From: an uncultured bacterium
GTDB lineage: Bacteria > Lernaellota > Lernaellaia > Lernaellales > Lernaellaceae
Assembly (NCBI GenBank): GCA_964534375.1
Contig: CAZHPN010000002.1
Location: 2,276 to 66,275 of the forward strand
DNA: 64,000 nt
Direction of reading: 5' to 3'
A program made the position numbers and the translations under genes. Below, piece after piece: positions 43,873 through 54,614 of the stretch (its first letter is position 1; each line of letters starts with the position of its first letter). A model generated the notes under the pieces. The model made no database searches and was not told the origin of the DNA. It saw only the letters and a program-made list of their open reading frames with translations.

Positions 43873-44580
43873 ATGAAGCCCGCGCGAATGATCTTCACTT
43901 TCGGAATCGCGCTCGCCGTTTTCGGCGCGGCCTGGGCTGTCGCCGCCGATCCGCCGTGGCGCACCGTCGCGGGGGGCCGCTACCTCGTCTTTCCGCCGGC
44001 GCATCCGGCCGGCGAAAAGTGGCCGCTGTTGTTCGCCTTGCACGGCATGGGCGGCGAGGCGCAGAGCTACGGCCGCTTATGGCGCGACGCGCTGGGCGGC
44101 GGCTACCTCGTCGTCGCGCCGCAAGCGCCGCTGCGCGAACGCAACGGCGCCATGGTCGCCTCGTGGGGGAACAATCGCGAGACGCAGACGTTCCTCCTCG
44201 GCGTTTGGGACGAAGTTCACCAACAGCATCAAATCGACCCGGCGCACACGGTGGTCGCGGGCTACAGCGCTGGCGGCTACGCCCTATGGACGCTCGTCAA
44301 CGCCCGCGTCGAGCAGGTCGCGGGGGTGATTTTCCAGGCCGCCGTGCCGCGCCCGAATGCGGGGTCGCTGAAGGGCAAGCACGTGTTTCTCATCGCCGGC
44401 GAGGGCGACGGCAGCTTCGACCGAACCAAGGCGGACCAGGCGTTCGAGGAACTGACCAGGCAGGGCGCCGCCGTGCAAATGTACGTGGCGCCGGGCGCGT
44501 CGCACGCGTCGGTCTACGACAAGATCCGTCCGGCGGCGGCCTGGATTCTGGCCGATTTCTCGGCGCCCCGCGCGCCGTAG
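43873..44580 (+). CDS. Secreted alpha/beta-hydrolase (carboxylesterase/PHB-depolymerase-like)
   Basis: Has a signal peptide. Nucleophile elbow GYSAGG. The cap region resembles phospholipase/carboxylesterase-family proteins. Confidence 0.7.
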   Translation: MKPARMIFTFGIALAVFGAAWAVAADPPWRTVAGGRYLVFPPAHPAGEKWPLLFALHGMGGEAQSYGRLWRDALGGGYLVVAPQAPLRERNGAMVASWGNNRETQTFLLGVWDEVHQQHQIDPAHTVVAGYSAGGYALWTLVNARVEQVAGVIFQAAVPRPNAGSLKGKHVFLIAGEGDGSFDRTKADQAFEELTRQGAAVQMYVAPGASHASVYDKIRPAAAWILADFSAPRAP

Positions 44581-44690
44581 TTCGCCGCGTCCGCCCAAAA
44601 AAGCATTGACGCGCCGCGTCCGGCCGCGGTATAGAAATGCCACGACCTTTTCGCCGTCTCACGCGATAAAAAAAACAAAGGTGGGGCTCG

Positions 44691-46487
44691 ATGGAACAAG
44701 AAAAGAACCTTGCGCAGATGTTCAAGAATCGTGCGGCCAAATTCGGCGACAAGCCGCTGTTGCGCTGCAAGAAAGACGGCCGGTGGGTTGCGCTGTCTTA
44801 CAAAGACGTCGAACGTCGGGCGACGGACATTGCGTTGGGGTTCCTGGCGCTCGGTTTCAAGCGATCCGACCGCATTTCGCTGTTGGCGGAGAACCGGCCC
44901 GAATGGGCGATGGTCGACCTCGCGACGCAATTTCTCGGCGGCATCCTCGCGACGATTTACGCGACGAACACGCCGGAACAGTGCGCCTACATCGTCAACA
45001 ATTCCGAGTCGCGCTTCGTCGTGGTGTCGAACAACAACCAGCTCAACAAGCTGACCGGCAAGGGCGTCCGGCTGCCGCTGGTCGAGAAGATCGTCATTTT
45101 CGATGCGATCGACGGCATCACCGACCGCGACGTGCGCGTGTTGCCGCTGGCCAAACTCGAGGAATTGGGCCGCGCGTACGACCGGCCGGAGGAATTGGAC
45201 AAAGCGATCGCCGCGACCACGTTCGACGACGTGGCGACGTTGATCTACACCTCGGGCACGACCGGCGACCCGAAGGGCGTCATGCTGACGCACGGCAATT
45301 TTTACACGAACGCCCAATCGTGCATTTCCGTGACGCCGGTCACCGAAAACGAAACGTTTCTGAGCTTCCTGCCGCTGTCCCACAGTTTGGAGCGGACGGC
45401 CGGCCACTGGATTCCGCTGTATATCGGCGCGACGATCAATTACGCCGAATCGATCGAGGCGCTGCGGCAGAACCTGCAGGAAATCAAACCGACGACAATG
45501 GTCAGCGTGCCGCGCATTTACGAGAAGTTTCACGCGGCAATTACCGACAACGTCGGCAAGAGTTCGCCGGTCAAACAGAAACTCTTCGCCTGGGCGCTGG
45601 CGACGGGCAAGAAAATCGGCGCGCTCAAACGCGACCACAGGCCGATTCCGTATCTCCTCGCGCTGCAGAACGACCTGGCCGACAAGCTCGTTTTTGAAAA
45701 AATCAAGGCGACGCTCGGCGGCAAGCTGCGCTACGCCGTCAGCGGCGGCGCGCCGCTCGCCCCGGAGTTGTTCGAGTTCTTCTTCGCGCTCGGCGTCACG
45801 ATCTACGAGGGCTACGGTCTGACCGAAACGACGCCGATCGTAACCTGCAACACGCCGGCCGCCGTGCGCATGGGCTCCGTCGGCCGGGTGATCCCCGGCG
45901 TCACGGTCAAGATCGCCGACGACGGCGAGATTCTCGTGCGGGGGCCGAACGTCATGAAGGGCTACTACAAGGCCCCGGAAGCGACGGCCGAGGCGATCGT
46001 CGACGGCTGGTTCCACACCGGCGACATCGGCGAACTCGACGCCGACGGTTTCCTGCGCATCACCGACCGCAAGAAAGACCTGATCGTCACGGCCGGCGGA
46101 AAAAATGTCGCGCCGCAGAACATCGAGAACCTGCTGAAGATGGACCGCTACATCGAGCAGGTGAACATCATCGGCGATCGGCGGCGTTACTTAACCGCGA
46201 TCATCGTGCCGAATCTCGCCGAAGTCGAGAAATGGGCCCAGGCCAAAGGCCTGAAATTCGTCGAACGGCCGGAGTTGGTGAAGCTGCCCGAGGTCAAGCA
46301 ACTCCTGCAAGAATCCGTCGAAAAGGTCAACCGCCAACTGGCTAAGTATGAGTCGATCAAGAAATTTTACGTGACCGACGTCGTCTTCAGCCAGGAGAAC
46401 GACATGCTGACGCCCACCATGAAGGTCAAACGCAAGAAGGTGAACGCGCGGTTCGCCAAGGAAATCGAGGCAATGTACGAAGAGTGA
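44691..46487 (+). CDS. fadD: Long-chain-fatty-acid--CoA ligase (AMP-dependent synthetase)
   Basis: ATG at 44691 behind AAAGGTGGGG. AMP-binding motifs IYTSGTTGDPKGV, YGLTET and GWFHTGD. Confidence 0.85.
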   Translation: MEQEKNLAQMFKNRAAKFGDKPLLRCKKDGRWVALSYKDVERRATDIALGFLALGFKRSDRISLLAENRPEWAMVDLATQFLGGILATIYATNTPEQCAYIVNNSESRFVVVSNNNQLNKLTGKGVRLPLVEKIVIFDAIDGITDRDVRVLPLAKLEELGRAYDRPEELDKAIAATTFDDVATLIYTSGTTGDPKGVMLTHGNFYTNAQSCISVTPVTENETFLSFLPLSHSLERTAGHWIPLYIGATINYAESIEALRQNLQEIKPTTMVSVPRIYEKFHAAITDNVGKSSPVKQKLFAWALATGKKIGALKRDHRPIPYLLALQNDLADKLVFEKIKATLGGKLRYAVSGGAPLAPELFEFFFALGVTIYEGYGLTETTPIVTCNTPAAVRMGSVGRVIPGVTVKIADDGEILVRGPNVMKGYYKAPEATAEAIVDGWFHTGDIGELDADGFLRITDRKKDLIVTAGGKNVAPQNIENLLKMDRYIEQVNIIGDRRRYLTAIIVPNLAEVEKWAQAKGLKFVERPELVKLPEVKQLLQESVEKVNRQLAKYESIKKFYVTDVVFSQENDMLTPTMKVKRKKVNARFAKEIEAMYEE

Positions 46488-46488
46488 G

Positions 46489-47067
46489 CTACTGCGTGAT
46501 CGCGTGATAGAGTTGATCGGCCGTCTTGGTTTCCGAACCGCCGCCGAGACTTTGTTGGAGCAGCGTGGCGTAATCGCCTGAGAGGTTGGTGATCACCAGC
46601 TTGTTGTTCAGGAAGCGCAGGTTGTGCGCCAACTCCCAAATCAGTTGCCGCGGCTGGGTGGCGCCGACGAGCGCGCCGAGGCCCAGGAAATCGTCGCCGT
46701 GCATTTTGTATTTCTTGTGCCCCTGGAACGCAATGATCACTTCGCTGACGTCGCGGCCCTGCATTTCGTGGGCGAATTGCAGAAACGTCCGCAGCAAACC
46801 GGCCTGGCCGCCCGGCGGGCCGACGGCGCGCACGTCGAAGACGATCGAGCCGACGTCGAAGAACGAATCGAAGTAGACGGTCGTGCGCACGCCGAAATTA
46901 CGGGCGTCGCGCGCCATGACGCGGTCCAACGGGCGTTGCAGCAGCAGGTAGTTCTTCGCGGCCACGGCGATCATGCACAACGCGGCCAGCAGCACGAGCG
47001 CGGTCACAAACCGTTGCACGTTTTTGGCGGTGACGAACCGCAGCGGGTTTTTTCTCAATAAAAGCAT
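46489..47067 (-). CDS. Hypothetical membrane-anchored protein
   Basis: ATG (cat at 47065-47067). One N-terminal TM helix. No recognised motifs. Confidence 0.4.
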   Translation of the reverse strand: MLLLRKNPLRFVTAKNVQRFVTALVLLAALCMIAVAAKNYLLLQRPLDRVMARDARNFGVRTTVYFDSFFDVGSIVFDVRAVGPPGGQAGLLRTFLQFAHEMQGRDVSEVIIAFQGHKKYKMHGDDFLGLGALVGATQPRQLIWELAHNLRFLNNKLVITNLSGDYATLLQQSLGGGSETKTADQLYHAITQ

Positions 47068-47461
47068 AGCTGCCGGACTCCTTCCGCGCTGTCCAATCGG
47101 CCCATGATGACGCAACCCCTGATGTTGGCCCTTCCCCAGGGCAGAACGTAGCATTCGACGCGCCGCAAAACAAGCGGCCCGCCACGGAAACGGCCCGTAT
47201 GGTTCACGGAAGTTGCTTTATGGGAGGAAATTTGCCGCAGATAGCACGACGCCTCTCCGTGGATGAACCACGAAGAGGCGTGTGCGCGTCATATTTTTCT
47301 GTCCATTAGTTGCTTTGTCTGTCATCCAATGCTCGGCGACCGTCCACTCGCCGCTGTCCATGAACCGAACCAACCCGACCATCCATTTCGAAAAGGCGCC
47401 GCGTCTTCCGCCCTTTCGGTTCGCCAACCGACCGGCGCGGCGCCGGAAACGCACCCCCGCC

Positions 47462-47563
47462 TCAATGCGGCTTGCGCTTGCTGCCGCCGTTAAGCCCGCT
47501 AACCAGGGTCAGCGTGCCCACCAACGTGCATACCAGCGCGAGATTCACAGCCATTTCGACCAT
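47462..47563 (-). CDS. Putative 33-aa hydrophobic small membrane peptide
   Basis: ATG (cat at 47561-47563) behind GGGAGGA. Translates to MVEMAVNLALVCTLVGTLTLVSGLNGGSKRKPH. It lies in a ~900-nt intergenic gap. Confidence 0.3.
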   Translation of the reverse strand: MVEMAVNLALVCTLVGTLTLVSGLNGGSKRKPH

Positions 47564-47978
47564 TTTCCGATCCTCCCATTCGAGGTCGCGGCTTTCCCGC
47601 CGCCAACCACGGCGCCCGCAGATGTCGCCGGCGTCAATCCGCTGGCTGCGCAATCCCTTGCTCTCGCGAGCGTCCGGTTGAATGGAAGCCCCGTTCAGCC
47701 GACCCGACTGAACTGCATCCCGCTATTTGATTTTCAATTCGCACCAGAAACCCCGTTACCGAGGTGAATCAAATGTGCACATGATCCAGTGGCCGGACCA
47801 TCGGGCTTTCCCTGAGGGCGCCTTGCCAAAAACAGCAGGCGGCGGACGCCGGCTTGCACCGTCTCAGGCGCGTTGGCGCCGCCGCAAGTTCTTGTATAAT
47901 GAGGCGTTTTTTCGGTCGCAACATCGCAGCCTGCCGAGACGCCGAACCGCGCGCTTGGCCCACGTAGAAAGGCGTTCC

Positions 47979-49358
47979 ATGGAAATCGCCGAAGCGACGA
48001 GCACGGGCACGTCGGAGAATTCGCTGTTCCACAAGCTGGTCTACGCGCTCGGCAGTCTGCCGGTCGGCCTGACCTCCGGCGTCATCGGCGCCTGGCTGAT
48101 GTTTTATTATTGTCCGCCGGCCGATTCCGGCCGCACCGGTTTCGTTTCGCCGCAGGTCTTCGGCCTCTGGATGCTGATTTTGAGCGTTCCGTCGGCGCTC
48201 GCCGATCCGACCGTCGGCCATTTTTCGGACGGCACGCGTTCGCGCCTGGGCCGCCGCATCCCTTACATTTTGTACGGCACGCCGGTCTTGCTGCTGTCGT
48301 TCGTGCTGCTGTGGTTCCCGCCCAATAACGGCATCAGCCTGGCAAACACCCTGTGGCTGATTGCGTGCGTGCTGGTGTACTACCTGTCGTTCACCGTCGT
48401 CGTGAATCCGTTGCTGGCGATCATGCCGGAGAACTGGCAATCGGACAAAGACCGCATGTCGGTCAGTTCGCTGATGTCCGTGTCCGGCGCGATCGGCACG
48501 CTGCTCAGCTCGGCCGCGGGCGTGCTGATCGAGGCGATGCCGAACACCTCGACAATTCTCGGCATCGGCGTCAACGGCTTTCGCCTCTCGGCGCTGATCT
48601 GCGCCGTTGTCACGCTGGCCTGCCTCGCGCCGACGGTGCTCTGGATTCGCGAAACGCCGCATTCGGCCGCCAAGGAAGTGCCGTTCAGCATCTGGCAATC
48701 CGGCTGGGAGACGCTCAAGAATCCGGCGTTTTTGCCGTACCTGATTTCGGTCGCGCTGATCAACACCTCGACGACGCTCGTGATCGCGCTGTTGCCGTAT
48801 CAGGTGACCGTGCTGGCGAAATCCAGCGAGGGCGCCGCCGGCGCGTTGATGGGCGGCTTGATGATCGCCGCGATGCTATTCCTGCCGTTGGTCAACAAGC
48901 TGATCGACAAGTTTCCGCGCCGCACGCTGTACCTCGGCTCGTGCCTCGGCATGGGCGTCATTCTCTGCTTCATGTACTTGATGGGCGTCATTCCGGCGCA
49001 AAGCTGGTCCATTTTCGGCCTCGCGATCCCCGTGCGGCTCGCGTTCGTCACCGGGCTGCTGTTGTGCGCGGCGCCGTTCGTTTCGGTGTTTCTGGTCGTG
49101 CCGCGCACCCTGCTCGCCGATGTCATGGACTACGACGAACAATTGACCGGTTACCGGCGCGAGGCGATGTACAACGGCATGGAGAGCCTGATCGGCAAGA
49201 TCCCCACCGGCTTCGCGCCGTTGATCATGGGCGCGCTCTTCGCGCACTTCGGCAACACGGCGGCCCAATCGCAGGGCATTTTGCTCTCGGCCATCGCCGG
49301 CGGCGTGCTGACCGTGCTGGGGTGGGCGGCGTTCTTGAAGTACCCGCTGCGCAAATAG
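47979..49358 (+). CDS. MFS transporter, glycoside-pentoside-hexuronide (GPH):cation symporter-like
   Basis: ATG at 47979. The GRRIPYIL loop between TM2 and TM3 is typical of the GPH family. 12 TM helices. Confidence 0.7.
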   Translation: MEIAEATSTGTSENSLFHKLVYALGSLPVGLTSGVIGAWLMFYYCPPADSGRTGFVSPQVFGLWMLILSVPSALADPTVGHFSDGTRSRLGRRIPYILYGTPVLLLSFVLLWFPPNNGISLANTLWLIACVLVYYLSFTVVVNPLLAIMPENWQSDKDRMSVSSLMSVSGAIGTLLSSAAGVLIEAMPNTSTILGIGVNGFRLSALICAVVTLACLAPTVLWIRETPHSAAKEVPFSIWQSGWETLKNPAFLPYLISVALINTSTTLVIALLPYQVTVLAKSSEGAAGALMGGLMIAAMLFLPLVNKLIDKFPRRTLYLGSCLGMGVILCFMYLMGVIPAQSWSIFGLAIPVRLAFVTGLLLCAAPFVSVFLVVPRTLLADVMDYDEQLTGYRREAMYNGMESLIGKIPTGFAPLIMGALFAHFGNTAAQSQGILLSAIAGGVLTVLGWAAFLKYPLRK

Positions 49359-49361
49359 GCG

Positions 49362-49465
49362 TTGTCGTGGGAAGTCTGGGAATTCTGGGAATTCTGGGAG
49401 CCATGGGGTCGCCTGTCGCAGAATTCCCGGATATCCCAGGATTCTCAGATTTCCCAATTGCCTTC
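49362..49465. repeat. Intergenic inverted tandem-repeat hairpin (CTGGGAATT units mirrored by AATCCCAG-like units)
   Basis: tgggaagtctgggaattctgggaattctgggagcc, then gaattcccggatatcccaggattctcagatttcccaattg. The element lies between convergent gene ends. Confidence 0.5.
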
Positions 49466-49469
49466 GCGG

Positions 49470-50633
<1,164 letters not shown>

Positions 50634-50793
50634 GGAACTCCCCCATCCGGCTGTCGTCGCTCTGTGGATATATTAATTCCGCGGTTGCCTGCCAACCTTC
50701 GCTTGCCGCGAAGGGCAGTCCGGATGGACAGGATCGGCCACCGCCACATCCTGTCCACCCCGTGAATCCTGTTGATCTTGTCAAAAAACCCTT

Positions 50794-51798
50794 CTACAGC
50801 GTGCCGTCGCGCGACGCCGCGCGCCAGAAACGATCCAAGTCCTCGAGTACGCGAATGCCTTCGCGGTTGGACAGCCACAAGTCGCCGAGCGCGAACTCGT
50901 TGGTCAACGCCAGGCCGGTCGTCCACTTCTCGATCACCTTCGGGTTCTTGAGGGCCAGCGTGGTCGAGGGCGTTTTGCTCGGCTTGGGCAGCAAATTGAT
51001 GGCGCCCTTTTTCGCCGCGAACGCCAGCGTGCCGCCGGAGGTCACCAGGTTGATCTCGAAATTGAGGGACTTCAGCCGCGCCTTGTTCCGCGGGCTCTTG
51101 TTGACGCCGGCGAAAAACGTGGTGACGCAGGCCGCCGTTTTTGCGAGGGCCTTTTTCGCCTTGTCGTTCGCCGGGAACTTCGGCGGCTGCGGCTCGCTCC
51201 AGTCGAGGTCGGTGTCGAACAGCGGCGTCTTCGCGATCTGCTCCTTGGTCAGTTCTTTTTGCGGAACGCAGAACACGTCGCGAATCCAGCCTTCGCGCTT
51301 CTTTTTGAACACCAGCTTGATCTTCGTGCCGGCCTTGAAGATGCCGGGGCGGATGACGCCGGTCCGGGTTTCGAGGCCGAACATCATGTGGACGTCCGTG
51401 ACGAGGGCGCCTTTTTTCAACACGACGTAAGCGTGCGCGAACGGCGCGTCGCCGTGCATGCGGGCCGGCGCGAACAACGTGATGACCGGGTCCGCGTCGG
51501 TGATCTCGCCGACGTCCGGCAGTTCGATCAATTCGAGTTTGGCGAAGCGGCACGGCGCGTAGCCGCAGAATTCGAGGTAGGCGGGCGCGTAAACCTGGCC
51601 GCACTTCGGGCAGCGCGCGCCCATCAGTTTCGCTTCTTCGAGCAGCGGCAGCAGCCACCGGCTCTGTTCGCCGTCGACGACCATCTGCGGGACGCCGAAC
51701 ATGCGCGGCGACAACAACACGCGCTCGTTTTCGAGTTGCACGATTTCGGGTTTCAGCGAGAGCATGCCTTTGACAACGGCAGGATTGATCATTTTCAT
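50794..51798 (-). CDS. Zn-ribbon/OB-fold protein (DUF35 family) with ~170-aa C-terminal extension
   Basis: CPKCGQVY...CGYAPC C4 ribbon, then an OB fold. Paired with the adjacent SCP-x-type thiolase. Confidence 0.65.
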   Translation of the reverse strand: MKMINPAVVKGMLSLKPEIVQLENERVLLSPRMFGVPQMVVDGEQSRWLLPLLEEAKLMGARCPKCGQVYAPAYLEFCGYAPCRFAKLELIELPDVGEITDADPVITLFAPARMHGDAPFAHAYVVLKKGALVTDVHMMFGLETRTGVIRPGIFKAGTKIKLVFKKKREGWIRDVFCVPQKELTKEQIAKTPLFDTDLDWSEPQPPKFPANDKAKKALAKTAACVTTFFAGVNKSPRNKARLKSLNFEINLVTSGGTLAFAAKKGAINLLPKPSKTPSTTLALKNPKVIEKWTTGLALTNEFALGDLWLSNREGIRVLEDLDRFWRAASRDGTL

Positions 51799-51811
51799 CG
51801 GGAGCCCCTTT

Positions 51812-53014
51812 CTAGTGTTCCAACTGCAGAACCCAGACGCCGCCGTACACCGCGTCCGCGCCGCCGGTGCCGTGCACCGCGCCGAACTCGACCTGGTTCT
51901 GCACCATGTAATGGTAGACTTCCCACAGGGACATCATATTCGAGGCCCCGACCGCGTGACCCGAATAAATCAGCCCGCCAAACGGATCGACGACCAACTT
52001 GCCGCCTTCCATGATCGTGCCGTCGTACACCAGGTCCTGCGACCGGCCGATCGGCGCGAAACCCATCATCGCCAGCGTGATCAAGCCTTGCGGCCCGAAC
52101 GCGCAGTGCTGGCCGACGACGCCGATCTGCGCCGGCTTGATGCCGGCCATCTCGTAAGCGCGCTCGGCCGCGATTTTATCGGACTCGATCAGGTGGATAT
52201 TCTGATGCTGATAGCCCTTGCCGACGTACGTCGATTCGACCGCGTGGCCGATGCCGGCGACGCGCACCAAGGGGCGGCCCGTCGCCTTCGAGATTTCGCG
52301 CGCGTGGTCTTCGTCCGCCAGCAGCACGGCGACCGACCCTTCCGAGTAAACGCACACTTCGCCGAGGCGGATATCGCCGATGATGATGCGCGAATTTTTC
52401 ACCTGCTCGGCGGTGACGACTTCGGGGTAGCGCTGCGCCAACGGGTTCTTCAGGCCGTTTTTGCACACTTGCTCGATGAAGCACGCCCGGGCGTCCATCT
52501 GCAGGTCGTGCGGATACGCCTGGCGATAGCCGTTGATGATCTGCGCGTAACTCGACGACGCGGTCACGCCCAGCGGCCACTGCGTCCAGAACGGCCACGA
52601 GTAGGCGATGGTGTCGATGACCATCGGCGTCGTGCTTTTCGTCTGCGGGTCGTAGCTGTCCTGCGCCTTTTCCACGCCGAGCGCGAGGCCCATCTTGTGC
52701 CGGCCGGCCGCGATCGCGTCGTACGTGCGCGTGAGGCACGCCATGCCGGTTTGCCCGCCGGTCGTGACGCGGTCCATTTCCTTCAGATGCAGGCCCAACA
52801 CGTCGTTCAAAAACGTCTCGGGAATCGCATGACCTTCGAAAATGTCGTTATAAATGCCGAAACTGGTGAAACTCACCGGATCCAGCGTGAAATCGGGGGG
52901 CATCTCTTCCAACAGGGCGATGCCGCCCAACTGGGCCAACTTCCAGTACGTGGCATCCAAGTACCGCCCCAGCATCTTGGACATGCCGACCCCGACAACA
53001 TAGACGTTTGCCAT
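51812..53014 (-). CDS. Thiolase-like protein (SCP-x/nonspecific lipid-transfer-type thiolase)
   Basis: ATG (cat at 53012-53014) begins MANVYVVGVGMSK. Thiolase fold. DUF35-thiolase gene pair. Confidence 0.8.
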   Translation of the reverse strand: MANVYVVGVGMSKMLGRYLDATYWKLAQLGGIALLEEMPPDFTLDPVSFTSFGIYNDIFEGHAIPETFLNDVLGLHLKEMDRVTTGGQTGMACLTRTYDAIAAGRHKMGLALGVEKAQDSYDPQTKSTTPMVIDTIAYSWPFWTQWPLGVTASSSYAQIINGYRQAYPHDLQMDARACFIEQVCKNGLKNPLAQRYPEVVTAEQVKNSRIIIGDIRLGEVCVYSEGSVAVLLADEDHAREISKATGRPLVRVAGIGHAVESTYVGKGYQHQNIHLIESDKIAAERAYEMAGIKPAQIGVVGQHCAFGPQGLITLAMMGFAPIGRSQDLVYDGTIMEGGKLVVDPFGGLIYSGHAVGASNMMSLWEVYHYMVQNQVEFGAVHGTGGADAVYGGVWVLQLEH

Positions 53015-53259
53015 CAAACACTCCTTTCGCTGTCGATTGCTCTCGCAGAAGGTGTACACCGAGCCCTTGAAACGCAAGGTTTTTATCAGAAAGCCACAAG
53101 TAAGTAAATACAAAATCGTTAGTTTTGGCGCTGTTTTTTCCGGTGGACGGTACAAGACAAGCTCGCCTTGGAAAGATCGGCCAGTCGAGCGAAAACCGGC
53201 CCGTGACGTTTCGCTCGGGCGAACCGTTCGGGTCCGTTACGGGCGGGCCCGCCCGACGC

Positions 53260-54063
53260 CTACTTCCCCTGGAAATTCGCCTTCCGTTTTTCCTTGAACG
53301 CCTTCACCCCTTCGCGGGCGTCAGCCGAGGCGAAAATCGGCATGCCGATCTCGATTTCCTTGTCCATCGCCTTGGCGACGTCCATCGACGCGGTGACGCG
53401 CAGGCACCGCAAGATGCCCTGCACGGCCAGCGGGCCGTTGTCGCAAATCCGCCGGGCGAGGCGCAGCGCCTCGTCCATCAATTTCTCGCGCGGCGTCACG
53501 CTGTTGACGAAGCCCCATTCGTAAAGGCGTTTGGCCGAAATGTAGTCGCCCAGCACCAGGATCTCTTTCGCCGCCGCCAGCGGAATCTGCCGCGGCAGGA
53601 ACACGTGCGAGCCGCCGGTCGGCATGATGCCGAAGGTTGCTTCGCGCATTTGGAAGCTGGCGTCTTCCGACGCCACGCGCAGATCGCTTCCCATCACCAT
53701 CTCGAAACCGCCGGTCAGGCACAGGCCGTGCACGGCGGCGATCACCGGCTTGTCCCACTCGCGCTCGCGCAACATCGCCTTGAACACGCCGCGCGGGTCC
53801 TCAAGCAGCCATTGCTCATCCGGGTTGGCCGGCGGCCGCGCCGCCGTGAGAATCGGGATGACCGTTTTGAGGTCCATGCCCGCGCAGAAGATCTCCGGCA
53901 ACTCGGAGTAGATCACCGCGACGCGCACCGCCGCGTCCGCCGCGACCTCGCGCCACGCCGCGTCGAGTTCGTGCAGCGTCTGGCAATCCAGCGCATTTTT
54001 CGCTTCCGGCCGGTTCAGGCCGACGAGCGCCACGCCGTTCTCTTTTTTGAAACTCAGGCCCAT
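53260..54063 (-). CDS. Enoyl-CoA hydratase/isomerase (crotonase family)
   Basis: Motifs ALVGLNRPEAKNAL and ...CAGMDLK...AAVHGLCLTGGFEM. Start at the Met behind GGGAG; an alternative Met lies 4 codons upstream (54075). Confidence 0.85.
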   Translation of the reverse strand: MGLSFKKENGVALVGLNRPEAKNALDCQTLHELDAAWREVAADAAVRVAVIYSELPEIFCAGMDLKTVIPILTAARPPANPDEQWLLEDPRGVFKAMLREREWDKPVIAAVHGLCLTGGFEMVMGSDLRVASEDASFQMREATFGIMPTGGSHVFLPRQIPLAAAKEILVLGDYISAKRLYEWGFVNSVTPREKLMDEALRLARRICDNGPLAVQGILRCLRVTASMDVAKAMDKEIEIGMPIFASADAREGVKAFKEKRKANFQGK

Positions 54064-54116
54064 GTTCGCTCCCATTTTTTGCCGCGTCGTCCGTGCGTCG
54101 GATCGCGGCGTTGGTT

Positions 54117-54614
54117 TCAACCCGCGGGTTCGAGCAATTTGTAGAAAATGAGCAGATCGTCGTTGTCGTGGTAGAACTGCGGAATGCGGCCGGCCAGGAC
54201 AAAATTCGTGCGTTCGTAAAAACGCAGCACGCCGCCATAGGTTTCCTGCGACGATGTTTCCACGCGCACAACGCGTCCGCCTTGCTGGCGCAGCGTCTCC
54301 TCCATCGCCGCGAGCAATTGCCGCCCGACGCCGGCCTGGCGGCGATCCGGGTCGGCGACGATCCAGTACAGGTCGAACGTGTGCTTGGTCATCGGCGTCG
54401 GGCCGTAGCAGATGTAGCCGGCGACCGTTTCGGTTTCGGCCTCGGCGTCGGCAAAAGCCACGATGACGCGGTAGTGCGAATGGCCAAAATTCGCGACGGC
54501 GTCGTCGATCAATTCCCGCGCGACGGTCTTCTCTTCGGCGGTAAACGTGGCGATGCGCTCAATCAGCGCGGCCAGCGAATCGCGATCCTGCGGCAGCAGC
54601 GGTCGAAGATACAT
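54117..54614 (-). CDS. GNAT-family N-acetyltransferase
   Basis: Acetyl-CoA-binding segment RRQAGVGRQLL. GNAT fold. Its 5' end overlaps the upstream ATP-grasp gene by ~56 nt. Confidence 0.75.
   Translation of the reverse strand: MYLRPLLPQDRDSLAALIERIATFTAEEKTVARELIDDAVANFGHSHYRVIVAFADAEAETETVAGYICYGPTPMTKHTFDLYWIVADPDRRQAGVGRQLLAAMEETLRQQGGRVVRVETSSQETYGGVLRFYERTNFVLAGRIPQFYHDNDDLLIFYKLLEPAG

Noticed and set aside
47068-47978. tRNA or rRNA fragments in the large gap
   Set aside because: No GTTCGAATC-type T-loop or cloverleaf-compatible segments were found by eye. Structured RNA cannot be excluded without a covariance scan.
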